Made by a program: the position numbers and the translations under genes. Source: Lytechinus pictus (taxonomy: Eukaryota). Taken from it: a stretch of 64,000 bases of DNA. The notes under the pieces are model-generated. The model was not told where the DNA came from. It made no database searches and saw nothing but the letters and a program-made list of their open reading frames with translations. The DNA lies in assembly GCF_037042905.1 (NCBI RefSeq), contig NC_087245.1, positions 992,001-1,056,000 on the forward strand. Direction: 5' to 3'. Below, piece after piece: positions 39,259 through 54,088 of the stretch (its first letter is position 1; every line of letters begins with the position of its first letter).

Positions 39259-39312
39259 ATGGTGGTGGTGGTGGTGGAGGCGGTGGTTGTGGTGGTGGTA
39301 GAGGTGGTGAGG
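39259..39312. repeat. (GGT)n low-complexity tract
   Basis: Visible trinucleotide run just after the 39241 donor. Confidence 0.85.
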
Positions 39313-39386
39313 ATGTTGGTATTTATGGTAAAGGGATATGTTGAGAGTGGTGGTAATTATGATGTTGCTAGTGTTTGCAGCAGGCC

Positions 39387-42222
39387 TAGATTTAGATTTA
39401 GATTTATTCATTTTCCGTTCACAAAGCACAACAAAATCAAACAATACATAGTCAAATTTAAAGTACAACATCAATCGGAATAAGGTATAAACAATGAGAA
39501 CTAATGCAAAATAAAGTAAATTTGCCAAGAAAAGCAAAGCTTGTATGGGAGGCAAGCCTCCGTAACTTAGTTTCAATACGTATATTACAAAAGGAGAGAC
39601 GGAAGACAGTTTAAAAGGAGGCTATACAAAATATCGAAGGTAACAACGAAAGAGTGACACAAATTAGAATCAATGATAGTAATAACAATAAAAAAAATAA
39701 TAACAATATGGTTACAATAATTGTGATAATGAGGGAGGAACAGAGAGGCAAATGTAGGGAGAGAGGGGGTGCAGGTACAATTGGAGGTGCAAAGAGGAGC
39801 ATGGCAGGTGCGGGAACAGGTCGGCAGGCAAGTTGTATCCTGGGAGGTAAAAAAAAAACAACGTTTTTGTTGTATATAGATTTGGTTATATGGTAGATTG
39901 ACTTGTTTGTGTAAAGTATTGGCAAATAAGCATCTTTTTAAGGTTATGTTTAAAAATTGTGATGCTTGGGGATTCCTTAAAGGCGTTGGGCAAGGAATTC
40001 CAATATAAGGGACCAGAAAAGACAAAATAATTTTTTGCAAGTAAAGTTCGGGTTGAAGGTGTTCGTACATAAATTGGCCGTGTTGGAACAGATATATATC
40101 ATTAACTTAAAGGATTTTATTTTCAAAAAATAATTTATCTGTGTGACATCTGAAATGTGTATGAAATATTATCCTAAGTGTTTTTTTCTGTAACAAAAGT
40201 ATCCTATGTAATTGTGTTTGAATTGCACAACCCCATGCCAAAATACCGTAACTAATGTATGGTAATTTTAATGTTTGATATAGTGTAAGTAGTGTACGAG
40301 ATGGAAGAAAAAAATTGAGCTTGTTGATAATTCCAATATTTCTTGAAATTGTTTTGCATATATTGTCGATGTGTGGTTTCCATGATAATTTATTATCAAT
40401 AAGTACACCCAAGAATTTTGTTTCAGAAACATTGTCAAGGACAGTGTTTTCAAAAATGAGATTGTCGGGCAAACTATTTATTATATTACTAAAGCCCCTA
40501 TCCCACTTATTCGGAATCAGCAGGAATTAAGCAGAAGCTGGAAAGAAAAAAATATTCAAAAAATCTATAAATTTTTGGGAGGAACTTATGAATTCACCAA
40601 ACTGGAGTTGAAACTCAGTAAATTGACCAGGTGTATCATCTTACACTAGTCAAAATGAACCGAAATGGAGTCAGATTGATAATTCGTGCTATGTTCTTGG
40701 ACATTCTAAATATCCTGACTACATTCTGAGTGCATTCGAAATATTTTTGTCATTTCTTTTGGCCGTCCCGAAGGTTTTGGTCATGTTCAAAACATTCGAG
40801 GGATATTTTCGAACGGTGTTCGAAGTAGATTTAAATGACCAACTGGTGGTCAAACAATAGTCCTTTCATTCAGGCCAATTCTGCTTGATTCGGAATAAGT
40901 GTGATGGGGGCTTAAATAACATGTAATTGGTCTTTTGTAAGTTAAGTGAGAATTTATTTGCCTTGATCCATTCAGTCACATGCATGAGTTCAGAGTTAAC
41001 AATCCTAATAAGTTGGTTTATGTTATCATGAGAAAAGAAAATGTTGGAATCATCAGCAAAGAGTATGAATGGAAGTAAATTTGAAGTTTTGTGGATGTCA
41101 TTAATGTAGGTGATAAAAAGAAGAGGGCCGAGTAAGCTACCCTGTGGTACCACGAATGTAATTGGAAGGTTGGATGAATTGTGATTATTTATTGATACAA
41201 AATGAGTCCTATCTGTAAGGTAGCTCTTGAACCACTCCAAGGCCTTCCCCCTAATACCGTAATGAGATAGTTTATGCAAAAGAATTTCGTGGTTAATGGT
41301 GTCGAAGGCCTTGGAGAAGTCCAGGAAAATACCGACAGTATGACAACCTTTATTTAGTGGAAGTAGTGATTTTGTTAATGAAAGATAAAATTGCATGCGA
41401 GGTGCTGTGATTTTCGCGAAACCCAAATTGAAAGTCCGAAAAGATATTGTTTTTTTAAAGAACGTACTAGTTCGTGTATGGACAAGTTTTTCAAGAATTT
41501 TTGATAACGAGGTGAGCAATGATATGGGACGGTAGTTAGAGACGAGCTGATTATCTCCTTTTTTTAAAAGAGGGACTACTTTTGTGATTTTCATAAGATT
41601 GGGTACCCGTTCTGTTAAAAATATGCACCAAAGGATCGACGATAGCCAAAATAATTGTCTTAAGTAGGAAGTTGGAAATACCGTCAAACCCCGGGCACTT
41701 TTTGGACTGCAGACTGTTAACAATATTTATAATTTCTCTTGAACTTGTGGGATTAAAAAATATGGAGTTTGGGTTTGGGTTGTCGAGAAAATTGTTGTAA
41801 GATTTATTCGTTTGAGGAATTTTGCTTGCTAAATTGTTGCCAACTTGTGAAAAATATGAATTAAACTCTTTTGCTATTATGTTATTGTCATCAGTGATGG
41901 TATTGTTTGATTTTATTTTTGTAATTGTAGAACTCTTCTTCTTATTGTTTAATTCACCATTGATGATTTTCCATGTGTTCTTCATATCATTTTTGTATAA
42001 ATCGAGTTGAGAATTGTAATATTTTTTTTTCGCAATACGAAGTAAAGATGTAAGAGTGTTTTTTATATGAAGTGTACTTGTAGCGAGATGTATCACTTGG
42101 TTTAGTTATGTATTTATAATATAAGTTGTTCTTGTGGTTGATGGATCTTAAGAGTGATTTAGTAATCCAAGGGTGGATAGGGATCTTTTTATAATTTGAT
42201 CTTCTGTTAGTTGTAAGGGGAA
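39387..42222 (-). mobile_element. 5'-truncated, frameshifted CR1/L2-group (Crack-like) LINE with reverse transcriptase remnant
   Basis: ORFs 41551..42096, 40866..41723 and 40107..40472 carry [39 protein letters not shown] and KFLGVLIDNKLSWKPHI. 3' UTR with a (TAAATC)n tail at ~39387-39406. Confidence 0.93.
40493..40912. mobile_element. PIF/Harbinger-type MITE (420 bp, TAA target) nested in the LINE
   Basis: TAA|AGCCCCTATCCCACTTATTCGGAATCA ... TGATTCGGAATAAGTGTGATGGGGGCT|TAA. Removing it restores LINE frame NYMLF-SNIINSLPDN. Confidence 0.9.
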
Positions 42223-43309
42223 CTACTGAAAGACTGTATTTGTGATAGTGATGGTGGTAAGTATACCCTTGTGATGGATTGTATGGATGACGATGGTGAT
42301 AGTGATGAAGTTGAGACAGTGATGTTTATGCACGATGATGAAGCTCATTGATGATAACCATTGGTGGTGCACCAATTCGGTCATGATCTGGCGTTATAGT
42401 AAAACTTTAACGATGATGATGATTACGATGTTGTATGATGAAAAAGAACAGCGTTGCGAATCAAATGTTGGTAAATACAGTGGAACCATACCATGTCTTG
42501 AAAGCCAAGACACCCCCCCCCCCCCGATTATTCTGTAAATCTCTCCTTGTTTCTTTCTATTCCACGAATCAAGGCACACCTTCACGACATTTGCAAGGGC
42601 GCCCCCTCTCAGAGTGAAGTGAAAAGTGCACCACCCGATGTCACGATATCAGATGAAACCGCTACTACCTCAGAAGATACACCTTCACATACCAAACAAA
42701 CAGATCAGGTACCCACTATATCAAACTTTTTCAATTCATCAACCCTTACCAATTTTACTAATCACAACATGAATTCTATTCACGAAGTTTTATGACATGA
42801 TTATGATTCAATGCATTTTACTCTAACCAAACTGAAATCTGTATAATAAAGTCCCAACACTTTTGTTAACACTCTTCTTCAATATTCGTGTTTTTTTACA
42901 TGATATACTTTTAATATGGAATTAATCTTTCAGAATATAAGATGAATATTTTACTTTCTTGTATCACCATTTTCAATAAAACATATTAATGTTTGTAGCA
43001 ATAGCTATGTAGTTATTAGAAAGGATTTGCTTCTCTATTTCCTGCTTCGGTCTATTCCAATATGCTGTGTGTTGTTGCTTTCATCCAGTCGAGGTAGTCC
43101 CCACAAAATGGCTTCTCACCGCTCATTCAATACTAGACATAACATATCTTAGCGCGGAAATAATGATTGAGATCTATCAGCAATTTTTTTTTAAGTTGCA
43201 AAATATTCGTGCAGTTGTAGAATTTTTGAAAAAATGAGAATACTACAGGTCATGTTGATTTATAAAACCAAAGGCGATTAGATTAGAATGAGGATTGTCT
43301 TTTAAACAG

Positions 43310-43501
43310 GGATTCTGGATGCAGCGAGTTACTGCACTGGAGCGTGAACTTGCCGAAGAGCGACAACGATGTCGAGCAGCAGAGAAACGAGCTGAATTAT
43401 TAGGAGGTGATGTCGCTGAGGTACCCCCACAGTCACCTCGACCAGGGGAGGGAGAGGAAGCGGCACTAAGAGAACGGGAAAAGGAATTACTCAAATTTGA
43501 G
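43310..43501 (+). CDS. SOGA/MTCL1-like: Coding exon of the SOGA/MTCL-like gene (192 nt, phase 0-0)
   Basis: tcttttaaacAG acceptor, GAG|GTAAGA donor. GFWMQRVTALERELAEERQRCRAAEKRAELL...REREKELLKFE. Confidence 0.87.
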
Positions 43502-46500
43502 GTAAGAATGTCAATAAATAGATATAAAGAATAGCTAAAGCATAAATGCGAAAATGTCTGACGATTTGATTTATTTGGAAATAAATTTTCATCACAAAAC
43601 AGTAATTCTGAATTGCTTAATGATGTCATTGTTTGTAGCAAAAACAAAGAAATACGATTAGTTATTTTTGATAGATTAACATCTGCATGCCAAAGCGCAC
43701 GATAAATTGTGAAACCAAGGCATGAATCAGATCGGAAGAATAACCTCGGTTCGCAATCCTCTCTTCTTAATATTAAAATGAACTACCAGCACGATAAATA
43801 TCCAAATTGGCAGGATTATTTCAAACATTACATTACACCTGTGACTTTAGGGCACTTTGGCAGAATTTTGGCTATCAGGGTTTAAATACTTTCAGATTGT
43901 TTTATCGGAAGAAGTGTCCTGGATGTGACAAGGTAGATAGATGATATCTTTTTGAGTTCTAGAATCAGATCCGTAGATCTGTTAACGATGTTCTTTCAAC
44001 AATTTTCTCACCTATGTACGCTGATTAAGAATTACTGATTTCAATGTTCATTGTATATTGTACATAAATGTTCTTATATATTTTTCCTTTTTTGAGGGGC
44101 ATTTCGATTGTTCATGGTTAACAATTTGACATGACCTCTTTCCATCAAATCAGTAAAAGAAACAAAACAGTGACAGATTGTTGGCTGGTGATATCATAAT
44201 GCAAATCTTATCAAGACTTGTAGTCTATCAGAATTCCTTCAAGAAAAGTATTGGTCCCATCTGCAGTCTATGCCTTCAGTGTCCATGTAGGTCTCGGTTT
44301 CCTCATTTTGAGGCACGTGATTCAGCCGTATCTTTGGCTATTCTAAAAATCACATGATACCTTGCAACATTAATGCGGCAAAATTGTCATTGTTTGTTGC
44401 TGTTTATTGTATCTTTTTACCAACATTTCCTAGGTCAGGAGACCTTTATGTCTGTGTCATAGGACGTTTCAGTTAATAGCCTCAAAGGTAGTATAAGTTT
44501 ATATGTTGTGATGAATAGACGAGTATTTACTACAGCTTACCATGATTGGTTTCATAAACTACCCTCTCTGGTTTGGGTGCGTACTTTCAGCTTCCCTTTC
44601 TCAGTTTATGTGGCATTTTATTGAAATCTCCATAATTAAAACCCATCCAAATTATCGGAAGCGCTTTCCGATTGCACTGCCATCTCCCCATTCCCAGTTT
44701 AGATACGTGTTTACGTTTTCTAGAATTTGTATCCGACGTGAATTTAGATGATGTTTCCTCCACGATTCTGGTCTACCCGAGTTTGCTATGCCTTGTGTTT
44801 TGTTATATCTTGACACATCAGTCTCTCGAGACTATTCTCCTCAGCGGCCTCTATAAGTCAATGACCGGTGATCAGTACTACCGTATACTTTTATTCTTGT
44901 TCACTTTCTAACTTTGTAATAATTTAAACGCCATGGCCGTACGCAGCGGGGTGGAGGTCAGGGGCAGTTGCCTCCCCCTCATTTTTTTTCTAACATACAT
45001 TTTTCTACAGAATATTTTTACAAAATTCACCAAAGATCTGCACAAAATCCTTCAATTTCGGTGACAAGCTCTGTCGCTTCGTTCCCTTGCTTTCGAGTTT
45101 CTATCATATTTTTATGCGCCCTGCCCCCCGGATCGTAGGTGTACTTATTTCTGAACACTAGATCAGATGCTGTCAGAATAGAGTTGAGTATTATTGTAGT
45201 TGAATTCAATATAATGGCTTCTTCTTAAATACTTGATACAAGAAGTAGCAGAAAACAAATTAAGGATTTTAGATCAGGCAGAGATAGTTTGATCGAAAAC
45301 TGACTGAGACTTAGCAATACTAATGTTATATTTTAGACCATATGAATTCTGAATTGTTACTGACAGTATCTTGTGGAATCTGTCTGGCTCTCTATTTCCT
45401 TCAAAGGGATCTCATCGCAGTGGAGTTCAAAGCTAAACACTTTGAGTGACATCACTGTCTCCATCGCTTATCATCTTAAACCCAAATATAATTTTGATAC
45501 ATTGATAATGCCCCTTATAAAGAAACAAGTGTCTGCAGAAATTTTATTTCCTACTAATCTTTCATAATCGTATCCAGATGAAAGACAATTTGTCAATAAA
45601 TATCTACATGAATCTTGAACGATGTAAATCGAGGACACATCCCCTCTTCAGAAAGAAAGAAGGGTAATTAACCTTTGACCAATAAAGAACAAAGTCAGTA
45701 TTCCCTTTGTTGACAACCATTATATCTTTTTATTACCAAAATCATATTTATGAACGCATCAAAGTTATAAGCTAAACATTGAAGATGTGTGCAGGATAAA
45801 ATTTGGGTAACGGTACATACGAATAAAAACTTTGGATTAAGAGTGGATCCGGGATGGGAAAGATAGTATCAGACAGACTTGGGGAAAAAATGTATATGGT
45901 TATGCATTAATTTAAAGCTGGAAACAGTAAAGATGGGAAAGGGCGATAATTACGAAAGCATTAGGGGGAATAGTCTTGTTTTTTTAATGAATTGGGGGAA
46001 AGAGAACACATCAGAATGAAAATCAAAGAAATAGTCCAGGAAATAGATAATAGATTAAGAAGAACCAGTTATAATACTTCTAGACCTTTGATCAATGTTG
46101 CGATAAATTCCAAAGCTGGTCTGGTTGGAAGCAGCGTGATTCACCTATCCCCTGTCAACCCTAACTTCCGATGTAGTGTTTGAAGGGAAGTATAGATAGG
46201 GAGGGGATCTTTTACACCCCAAGACGAGGCAAATCCTTTACAAGGTCGAGTATAATTATCGAAGTCATTATGGAAGTGTTCTCTTAGCGTTTACATTGAT
46301 TATACTGTTATAGGTTGAAATTTCTTTCATTTAATTTCTGTGGAAGGCTAGAGCCAACGACCAATCTCATCCCTGCTCGCAGGATTTTTTTTTCTATGAA
46401 GTTTAGAAAACAAACCCTCGGTATATCAATTGGATTATGCATATTGATATATCCTTGTTGGGAAAAGTGGAGATGAAATAAAATTCAATTTTATTAATTA

Positions 46501-49500
46501 TTAGAAAAAATAAAGTGTGGGAATAACTAGCATCATCAAAAAAGTATTTGGGCTTAAACTCGATTTTTAATCGGGGGGGGGGGGGAATGCTATTTTTATT
46601 AGATATTACCTGGATGGAGATAGTTTACTTTGATGGTTTAAGATAATACCATATCATCGCCTCTGGATAACCATCTACTAATTCACACATGACCATGAAG
46701 CGATAATCGCTTCCAAATTTATCACCCGTGTTCACCGAAATTATTGGCACTCAATAGCCCTAGGACCTGTCTGTAGTGCAATGCCAATAGCCTCCAAGTG
46801 TGACTCATGATATACTTCTATTTATATACATGTATGTAGTGATGTAGCACTATTTCAAATTAACTATCCCAATGGTCATCTTTACTAAACTTCTTTCATC
46901 ATCCTTCTACTGTCATGCATGCACAAATCTATAACACTGTTACATTTCACTTTCTAATAAAATCGACAGTCCCGCGGAACCAGCCAAATGAAGTTGTTTC
47001 GAAATTGCTGGAGACATTTTGAAAAGGGTTGCAAATTTCAGAATGTCTATGATCTCGACTCAGTGAAACCTTGATTCTAGAATTAAACTTCCACATAACT
47101 ATTCCTGATTCTCTTTCGATTGCCATCAGATGATTTTGAACACAGTTGAAAAGCCATACGAATTATTAAGATTTCCTCACAGGGCGGTTATGATAATGAA
47201 GATGATTCCATTTAACATCATCATTAATAGTTGCCCTTTGAAACTCTGTCGTATTTTTAAAGTGACATGTGATGGAATTGATTTGATGAGAGTTTAGACT
47301 CTTTCTCTTGAAGCTCCATGATCATGGTTTCATAATCACATTCTTGTTAAATAAAGATATTTTATGAGAAATTTTGTATAGGATAGCGAGTTCGGACAGA
47401 TATCAACTATCAACAACTACAGAATAAACAACGAAGTTGTTCCTTTTTTATTAAAACTGAACGAATAAGTTAATGTATACTGTATACAGAAAAGTGTGCC
47501 ATATCGTACCAGATTTTACATCAACTTGCCAATCAGAAATGGTACTGACGTTGACACCTTATCTCAAATGGCAAGAGGTTGGCATGTTCTACCAAACTTG
47601 ATTGTATAGCCTTTTGGATGTATTTGATTATCGTAACTAAATAATATTTGTTAGAACTATAGATTACATATCGGTTGGATAAGATCGCATGAAATTGCAA
47701 CAACGATTAAGTAATTAAGATAAACATTCTAGTGATGAATACTGCAGGATTTCTTCCTATTTTTTTTCTTGTTTGTACTTGAACTTTTAAAGACTGTCTG
47801 TCCGGAATAGAGGTGTGGGTCTTGGGTCCGCTTATAGGAATCTTATGTGGGAGTACATGAAAAGAGTACATGATGTATAGGGGTTAACTGGTGATGTTCA
47901 GTGCAAGGCCGTCTAGGGTTAAAATTGGAATCTGTTCTGTTAAGTTTATCGACACACCCACTAGCTGCCTCAGAGATATGTTGCTCCAGATAATCCTTAT
48001 GATAACCTTTTTAGTTGCAATAGATATATTATGTTTGGCCTGCGTGTCTAGAGCTGTATGCTTAATTCATTGATATGCCTTTTAAAACTTTTCTAGCATA
48101 ATTATGTTTCCAAAATATATATATAGATATTTAGAAATGAGTTTTTTTCCTCCTTTCAGTAAAACTATATAAGGTATCCACCGCGAATACTTATAGAATA
48201 TTTAGTGTCAAAACCTCAACCCCACCCCACCATTTTTTAAAATCTCAGTCACCCTGTTAACCGTTTTTGATAAAAGGTCATGATTGCCAAAATGTTTATT
48301 ATCGTACGGTGTTGCATTTTTCGTGTTCTTGAATATCGGGAAAGGGGCCGCTAACAAATGTTGATACATTGCCTCCTAGTTCACGGAGGGAAACAAGGGA
48401 CGTTCATGATAACGTAGCATTCTACATTCACCACTTATTTTAAACGTCGCTGAACTTGATTTTGAATAACGTTCAAAGTGAAAAGCACTTTGCATCAGAA
48501 AGGTCTACTGCGTCTCTTTTAATGTAAGATCATTATTCATGAAGTCACTTAATCTAAACCCTCCCGTTATTTTCCCTGGACATGGATGCAAAAGACCAAT
48601 GCAGACCATATACTTGTAAGTTCGGTATCATGACTCCATATATTTTAAGCTTTCTCTGTCACGTTAACACACCTGGCAGGAATTTAAACCATTAACTTAA
48701 TTTCATGAATAATAAATGCCAGTTTATTTATGTCTAACGGTCCCACATATTCGAATTTCCGTTGGTTTTGCTCATTTCCTGTATAAAGTAACTGATCGGT
48801 TCCGACACTTAATGGCTTCGCTCCTCCCGATCTCCACTCGGCATGCTCAGAGGTCTCGAACCGCTCAAGAAAACGGATGAATGCTTTCGACGGTGATACT
48901 CATCAATCAATATGAACTCTAAAACAATGAATATAAGATAAGTCTTTAAGATATATTAATACGTAAGGGGAAGTAGGACGGTTAAGAATTATATTGAAAA
49001 AGTTAATTAATTGATATTAATAACTTCGGGTTGTAAATTTCCGGAAGTAAGATTTTCTTGATAGATATTCGAGACGCCACTAATAATGAGTGTCTGAGGA
49101 TTTTTTCAAATATGAATTTTGATTAAGAACGGGGAGAGTAATATTTAAGGAAAATATTTCTAAGAGATATAAGACAAATTCAATTGTGGAATAATCCTTT
49201 TAGCAATCCAGGGTCGGAAAAGTGAACCAAAAATAGATTTTAAAAGCGAAATCCTGCCCTAAGCTAAAGACTTGTATGAAGAGATGCAAGAAAATTCAGA
49301 CCCAAATCGGCCAAAGGTTGATTAGAAGCACGAAACTATTAAATCTCGTTTTCTTCGTTGTTTAGTAAAAGCACGGTATTTAAAAGAAAAAACATCTTTA
49401 TTGAATTCTCACTATTATTACCTCATGCGTTTAAACACTAAACTGAAAATTACGAATTACGCATGGATGAAATAAAAAAAAAAATTAAAGGAAATATGTA

Positions 49501-49877
49501 GTTCTAATGCTGAACAGATGGAATGAGAGATCAGATGTCAGGTAAAAGAGTTTCTAGTTATTGTTTTTTGGGGGGAGCGGTGTAGATCCTTGATTTTTTT
49601 CTTTCTTTCGGGGATAGATGAATTTTCCTTTAAATGCTTTCTAATAGAGGTCCTCTATATACATGTACCTAACGGTATAACTTTTGATGAAAACAAAAGT
49701 CGTAATCAATATATCTCATGTTAACGGAGAAGACTTGTATAGTGGCACCTTGTTAAGCTATAACACGGAAGGGAGGTTTTATGATCTTATTCTATGGATA
49801 TAACCAGATCACAAGATGTTTTCATTTTATCTGACTACATAACTGTCTTCTCATGAGACCGACCATACTCCCCTATC

Positions 49878-49909
<32 letters not shown>

Positions 49910-50146
49910 TTCCTTTCTTTCTATCGTTTCCTATCCCACCTATTATGCTGATGCCAATTTTACAACAACAAAAAAATGTCCTTTATGAAATTATGTAAAG
50001 TTTTGATCTTCAGTGAAGTTTCACTCTTTTTCTGCTGAAGGAGTAATGTGTTTAATTGGAAATAGGATAAGAATTTTGCTTCTTTTTTTATCCCTATCCC
50101 TCCCCTCCCTCCCTCCTTTTCTCCCCTCCCTCTCCCCCCTCTCTCC

Positions 50147-50275
50147 CATTGGCGGCGGAAGCCAACAATTTTAGGGGGGACCACCAAAATTTTTTGACAA
50201 AAAAAAAGGTTATCAACCCCCCACCTCAAATTTAGGGGGGACACGACCCCCCCCCCCCCGCTTCTGCCGCCTTTG
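50147..50275. mobile_element. 129-bp hAT-like MITE in a CT microsatellite
   Basis: CATTGGCGGCGGAAGC ... GCTTCTGCCGCCTTTG flanked on both sides by CTCTCTCC (8 bp). The low-complexity context weakens the target call. Confidence 0.65.
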
Positions 50276-52907
50276 CTCTCTCCCTCTCTCCCCCTCTCTC
50301 TCTTCCTCTCTCTCATCTTCCTTGACGCCGTAATGAGACCCATCAATCTAAAGAATGATGATGTTGGGAGGCAGTTAGCCGAGGTAAAAAGACGGGAAGT
50401 AGCAAAAAGGAAGTACCGTTAAATCTCAGTGAACTGAAAATAGAGTTCCAAGCCAGTCAGTCACTATGATTACAAAGATAACACTTGTCAGAATATCATA
50501 AAAGATGGTCTTAATTTAGACCAATATCATAAACACGGACGCTCTCTAAATTTCATCCGTTCTTTTTTTGTATTCTCATATCCTGGTATGCCTTTTTGGA
50601 ATTTTGCTCTTACAGAAATAGTTTAAAATGAAACTGTAATTCATTCCACTATAAATGAATTGCTTAAATAGATATCAGGCCTGTATTGGACACAGAGAAG
50701 CCTAACATGTTGGAAAGCGTAATGTTGAAATTCTTCTAGTATCTTGTTTCTATATTAAGTCAGCATATCTTAAATACTTTTTTCGTATACCGTTTTAAGA
50801 AAAAATTGTAGCAAGCAAATGTAATCGCAATCGACCCCATGTGTGATTCTCTTCATCATTATAATGTAACAGCTCAATACATTTTCATAATTAAATGCTA
50901 CAGTCTTTCAAAATTTGTGAAATATTCGTCTGAACGAATAATAAGGATATAACACTATATCATAATGTCGAAAATAATCAATTAAATAAAACAGTCTGTT
51001 GGCATAGTAACAGTGAATTTAATTCAATTTTTTTGTGCTGCATATCATTTGGATTTTTTTTTCTTGCATAGAAAGATTTTATTCAAAATCAAACACGAAA
51101 ACAATTAAATTTACATAAAAATCAAGAAGCGAACATGTTTCCACAATAGCGTTTCAATACATTCTTAAAAGAACTAAAAGGCAACCGATCAACCTTACAA
51201 CGTATCGAAAAAATAAGATATTTAGCGTGAAAAATGTATTGAGCGTCAGGGCAACCAAACAAAAATTAATTCTTATTTCAAATACACGTCATTGTTCCAA
51301 AAAGAGGTTTGGGAGTTCTGAGTAAATTGTTGAGTTACAGGGCAGTCCATTTCATTTGGATAATGACAAGAAGCATTTTGCGGATAGCCTCGGAAATCGA
51401 GAACAAAGTTGGTATCCCTGAGTAATTTATTCTGATGCGATGTCAGTAGTTCCTGGATGCGCGCGCATCCTTTCCGTTTGCCATCGATATCAAGAACTCT
51501 GATTTATAATCACAATGCGTACGAATTAAAAGAAAACACACTTTCTGGCGATAGATATGAGATGTTTTCACCCACCACAGTATAGTATCAAGTGTGACAC
51601 CAAGGAACTATGGTGAAACCAACATTTGGAAAGTTGCAACATGTGGGCTAACATATGATGGTTTACAAGTGAGTGAACTCCTTCTTGGTTAACTCACTGC
51701 GTAATGTAGCGCTCTTAAAAGTGTTCTTTCTTTTCGTGTTAATGTGTTATCCTGATTACTTCTTCGAAAAGAACACCATCATTAACCACCCACCCAAACA
51801 TGGATGCTGTGGATTCTTATCTAGTGAGTATAGAATGATTTATTGGCAAGGTTTCTCGAAGAACTATCTTAGAGAGGGGGAGGGTTGATAATGAGAGAAA
51901 CACATTAAAGAACCAAACGAAGAATATACTTTAATTAGATTTTAAAAATCGTATAAATTATTCGGGGAATACATCAATTCATTTAATCAGAAAAAATGAC
52001 TGACATGGATATATTATTATTGGTTATCAAACGGGAAATAAGTTTTCTGTCTCTTTGCATTTATCATCATCTTTATGGAAATGTAAAAAGATTTGATGGA
52101 ACGTATTGATATGACGAATTAATGTATATTAACATTCATCAGTTCTTCATATAGGCATCCATTCATGTTTTCGTCTATTCCGTCAGATAGGATTATGATT
52201 TTGCACATCACAGTTACTATTGTACTATTACAAGCGGGTCTGAGGTGCGGAGGTGGTGAAGTTCTGTGCTAATATAGGCTCATGGTTGAAAACATGTTTA
52301 CAACTTTATACTGACAGTATATCTAGTGCATTTTAAGTTGAATTACTTAACCTTCACAACCTTGGATATTGGTAAACCAGCCTTGAGTCTAGCTAACATA
52401 ACTCTTCACATGTTCGCTGTCAATGTCATCAAAAGTAATTTAATTTACAATCTAGGGTGCAGTGACAGTGGAATTATAGATAGCTGTTTGAACTTCCTAT
52501 TCAATCAATTATCCTAATTATGCATATGAAGATGCCTCCCAAATTAGGAAATTTACGTTTGCGTACTACCCATCTGCTTAATTTAAGATATTTCAATGTC
52601 TGAAAAATGAATTTGCTTTGTAAGGAAACGGCCTTTACTGTACATCCATGGTTGAAGATAAAGTCAAACTAATCATGTTTTTAGAACTCGCTCTCTTCTT
52701 CCATTTGGACACTGCTTCAAGAATCTTTTTTTTAATACTTATGATTAAAATATGACGATAAAAATATGTGCAAATCTGAACACTTCTAAATTCGGAATTA
52801 TGTTGTTGCTATAAAGCCCTATTTCTGTGTGCCATGTCTGATATTTTCAACTTTGTGCAGTTCATTTATTCAATTTTTTCCTTGTGTATGTTTTGCATTT
52901 CAATGTA

Positions 52908-53101
52908 CACTCTTAAAAATGTTGGGCAACATAAATTATACTGTCCAGATAAAAAGATTTGTCAAACTCTGGGAAGTTTTCAACCAATACTTTGTACTTT
53001 TCACGCAAAGCACACATTTTTGGTTTAGAACTACCCAGAATTGGATTAAGTTTTAACCAATTGATTTGTGGACAGTATGTTGCCCAACATTTTTAAGAGT
53101 G
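52908..53101. mobile_element. MITE with perfect 26-bp TIR and TA target
   Basis: TA|CACTCTTAAAAATGTTGGGCAACATA ... TATGTTGCCCAACATTTTTAAGAGTG|TA. Confidence 0.88.
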
Positions 53102-54037
53102 TACAAACGAACATTGTAGTTCACTTCTCATGTTGCGAGAATTAACCTCCCCAACAAGTTTCAAAGTAGCATTGCTTGAATTATATAATCACCTTAATCC
53201 AGGAGACACGGGTGTACTTTAAAGTGGAACTAGTGATTTATCAGAGAAACCACCCACTTCCCCAGACACTAGGGTCCCACGCACTCGAACACGCACCCTA
53301 TCCTACGCACACACTCTGTTAGCACACACACCGTTAACACACACACCGTTAACGCATCGTTAATCTCTATGGCCAGCACACAGCTACACGTGCGCGCTCT
53401 TATTAGAGAAATCTTATGAAGACGACAATGATACGCCCTATTCACCGATTGCCAGTGATCGTGGCATTAGCCAATTGGCATTGATCTTGTGATAGGTGAA
53501 TTGATCGCCTTTCTTATGTACCATGTCTTCTTTCCATTCTTTAATACTGCAGGATTATTAGGTTTGTTTCAATCGTTCTTGTTTGAATCGCAAATAGGTG
53601 TGTAAACCGACGCGTGAATGAGATGCTCAGGAACTTTCGAGTTTGAACTTGGCTATTAATTTGAAAGAACGTGCTTTTATTTCACTGTATCCTGATCAAG
53701 TACTTTCATAAACTATGTAACTTAGCATGGCGGGTGTAATTTGCGACAAAACGTCTCAGTGATCAGCAATACAGGAACTTCAAGATTATGTGGGGTATTA
53801 TCGAAGTTGATACCGTTTTCTTGTCACGAAATGGAAAAGAAATATAGTTCTACTGAGAGACATTTTGTCGTAGCTATGGATTTTCTTTGTACGTTCGATG
53901 ATACAACTGCGTAACTTTGAATCTGTACTTTTATCGACTATTTTGAGTTAAGTAGTTTTGAAGTCGCAGATCTTTGGACACCTTTCTGGTTCTTTGTTGT
54001 AAATTTGGAATTAAAGAAGGAAGGATACCCTGACAGC

Positions 54038-54088
54038 ATGATGAACGGAATGAATGGACTATCGGATAGTCACTACTACAGCAATTTG
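54038..54088 (+). CDS. Candidate alternative first coding exon MMNGMNGLSDSHYYSNL
   Basis: agcATG with A at -3, 17 codons, TTG|GTAAAC donor in phase 0, compatible with exon 59083. Preceded by a CpG-richer promoter-like stretch at ~53240-53480. Confidence 0.45.

Noticed and set aside
39060..40070. Gly-, Val- or His-rich ORFs
   Set aside because: They come from the GGT microsatellite and the LINE 3' UTR.
40107..42096. Functional or domesticated reverse transcriptase, or a retron-like system
   Set aside because: It is frameshifted, 5'-truncated and MITE-interrupted, with ordinary CR1/L2-group motifs.
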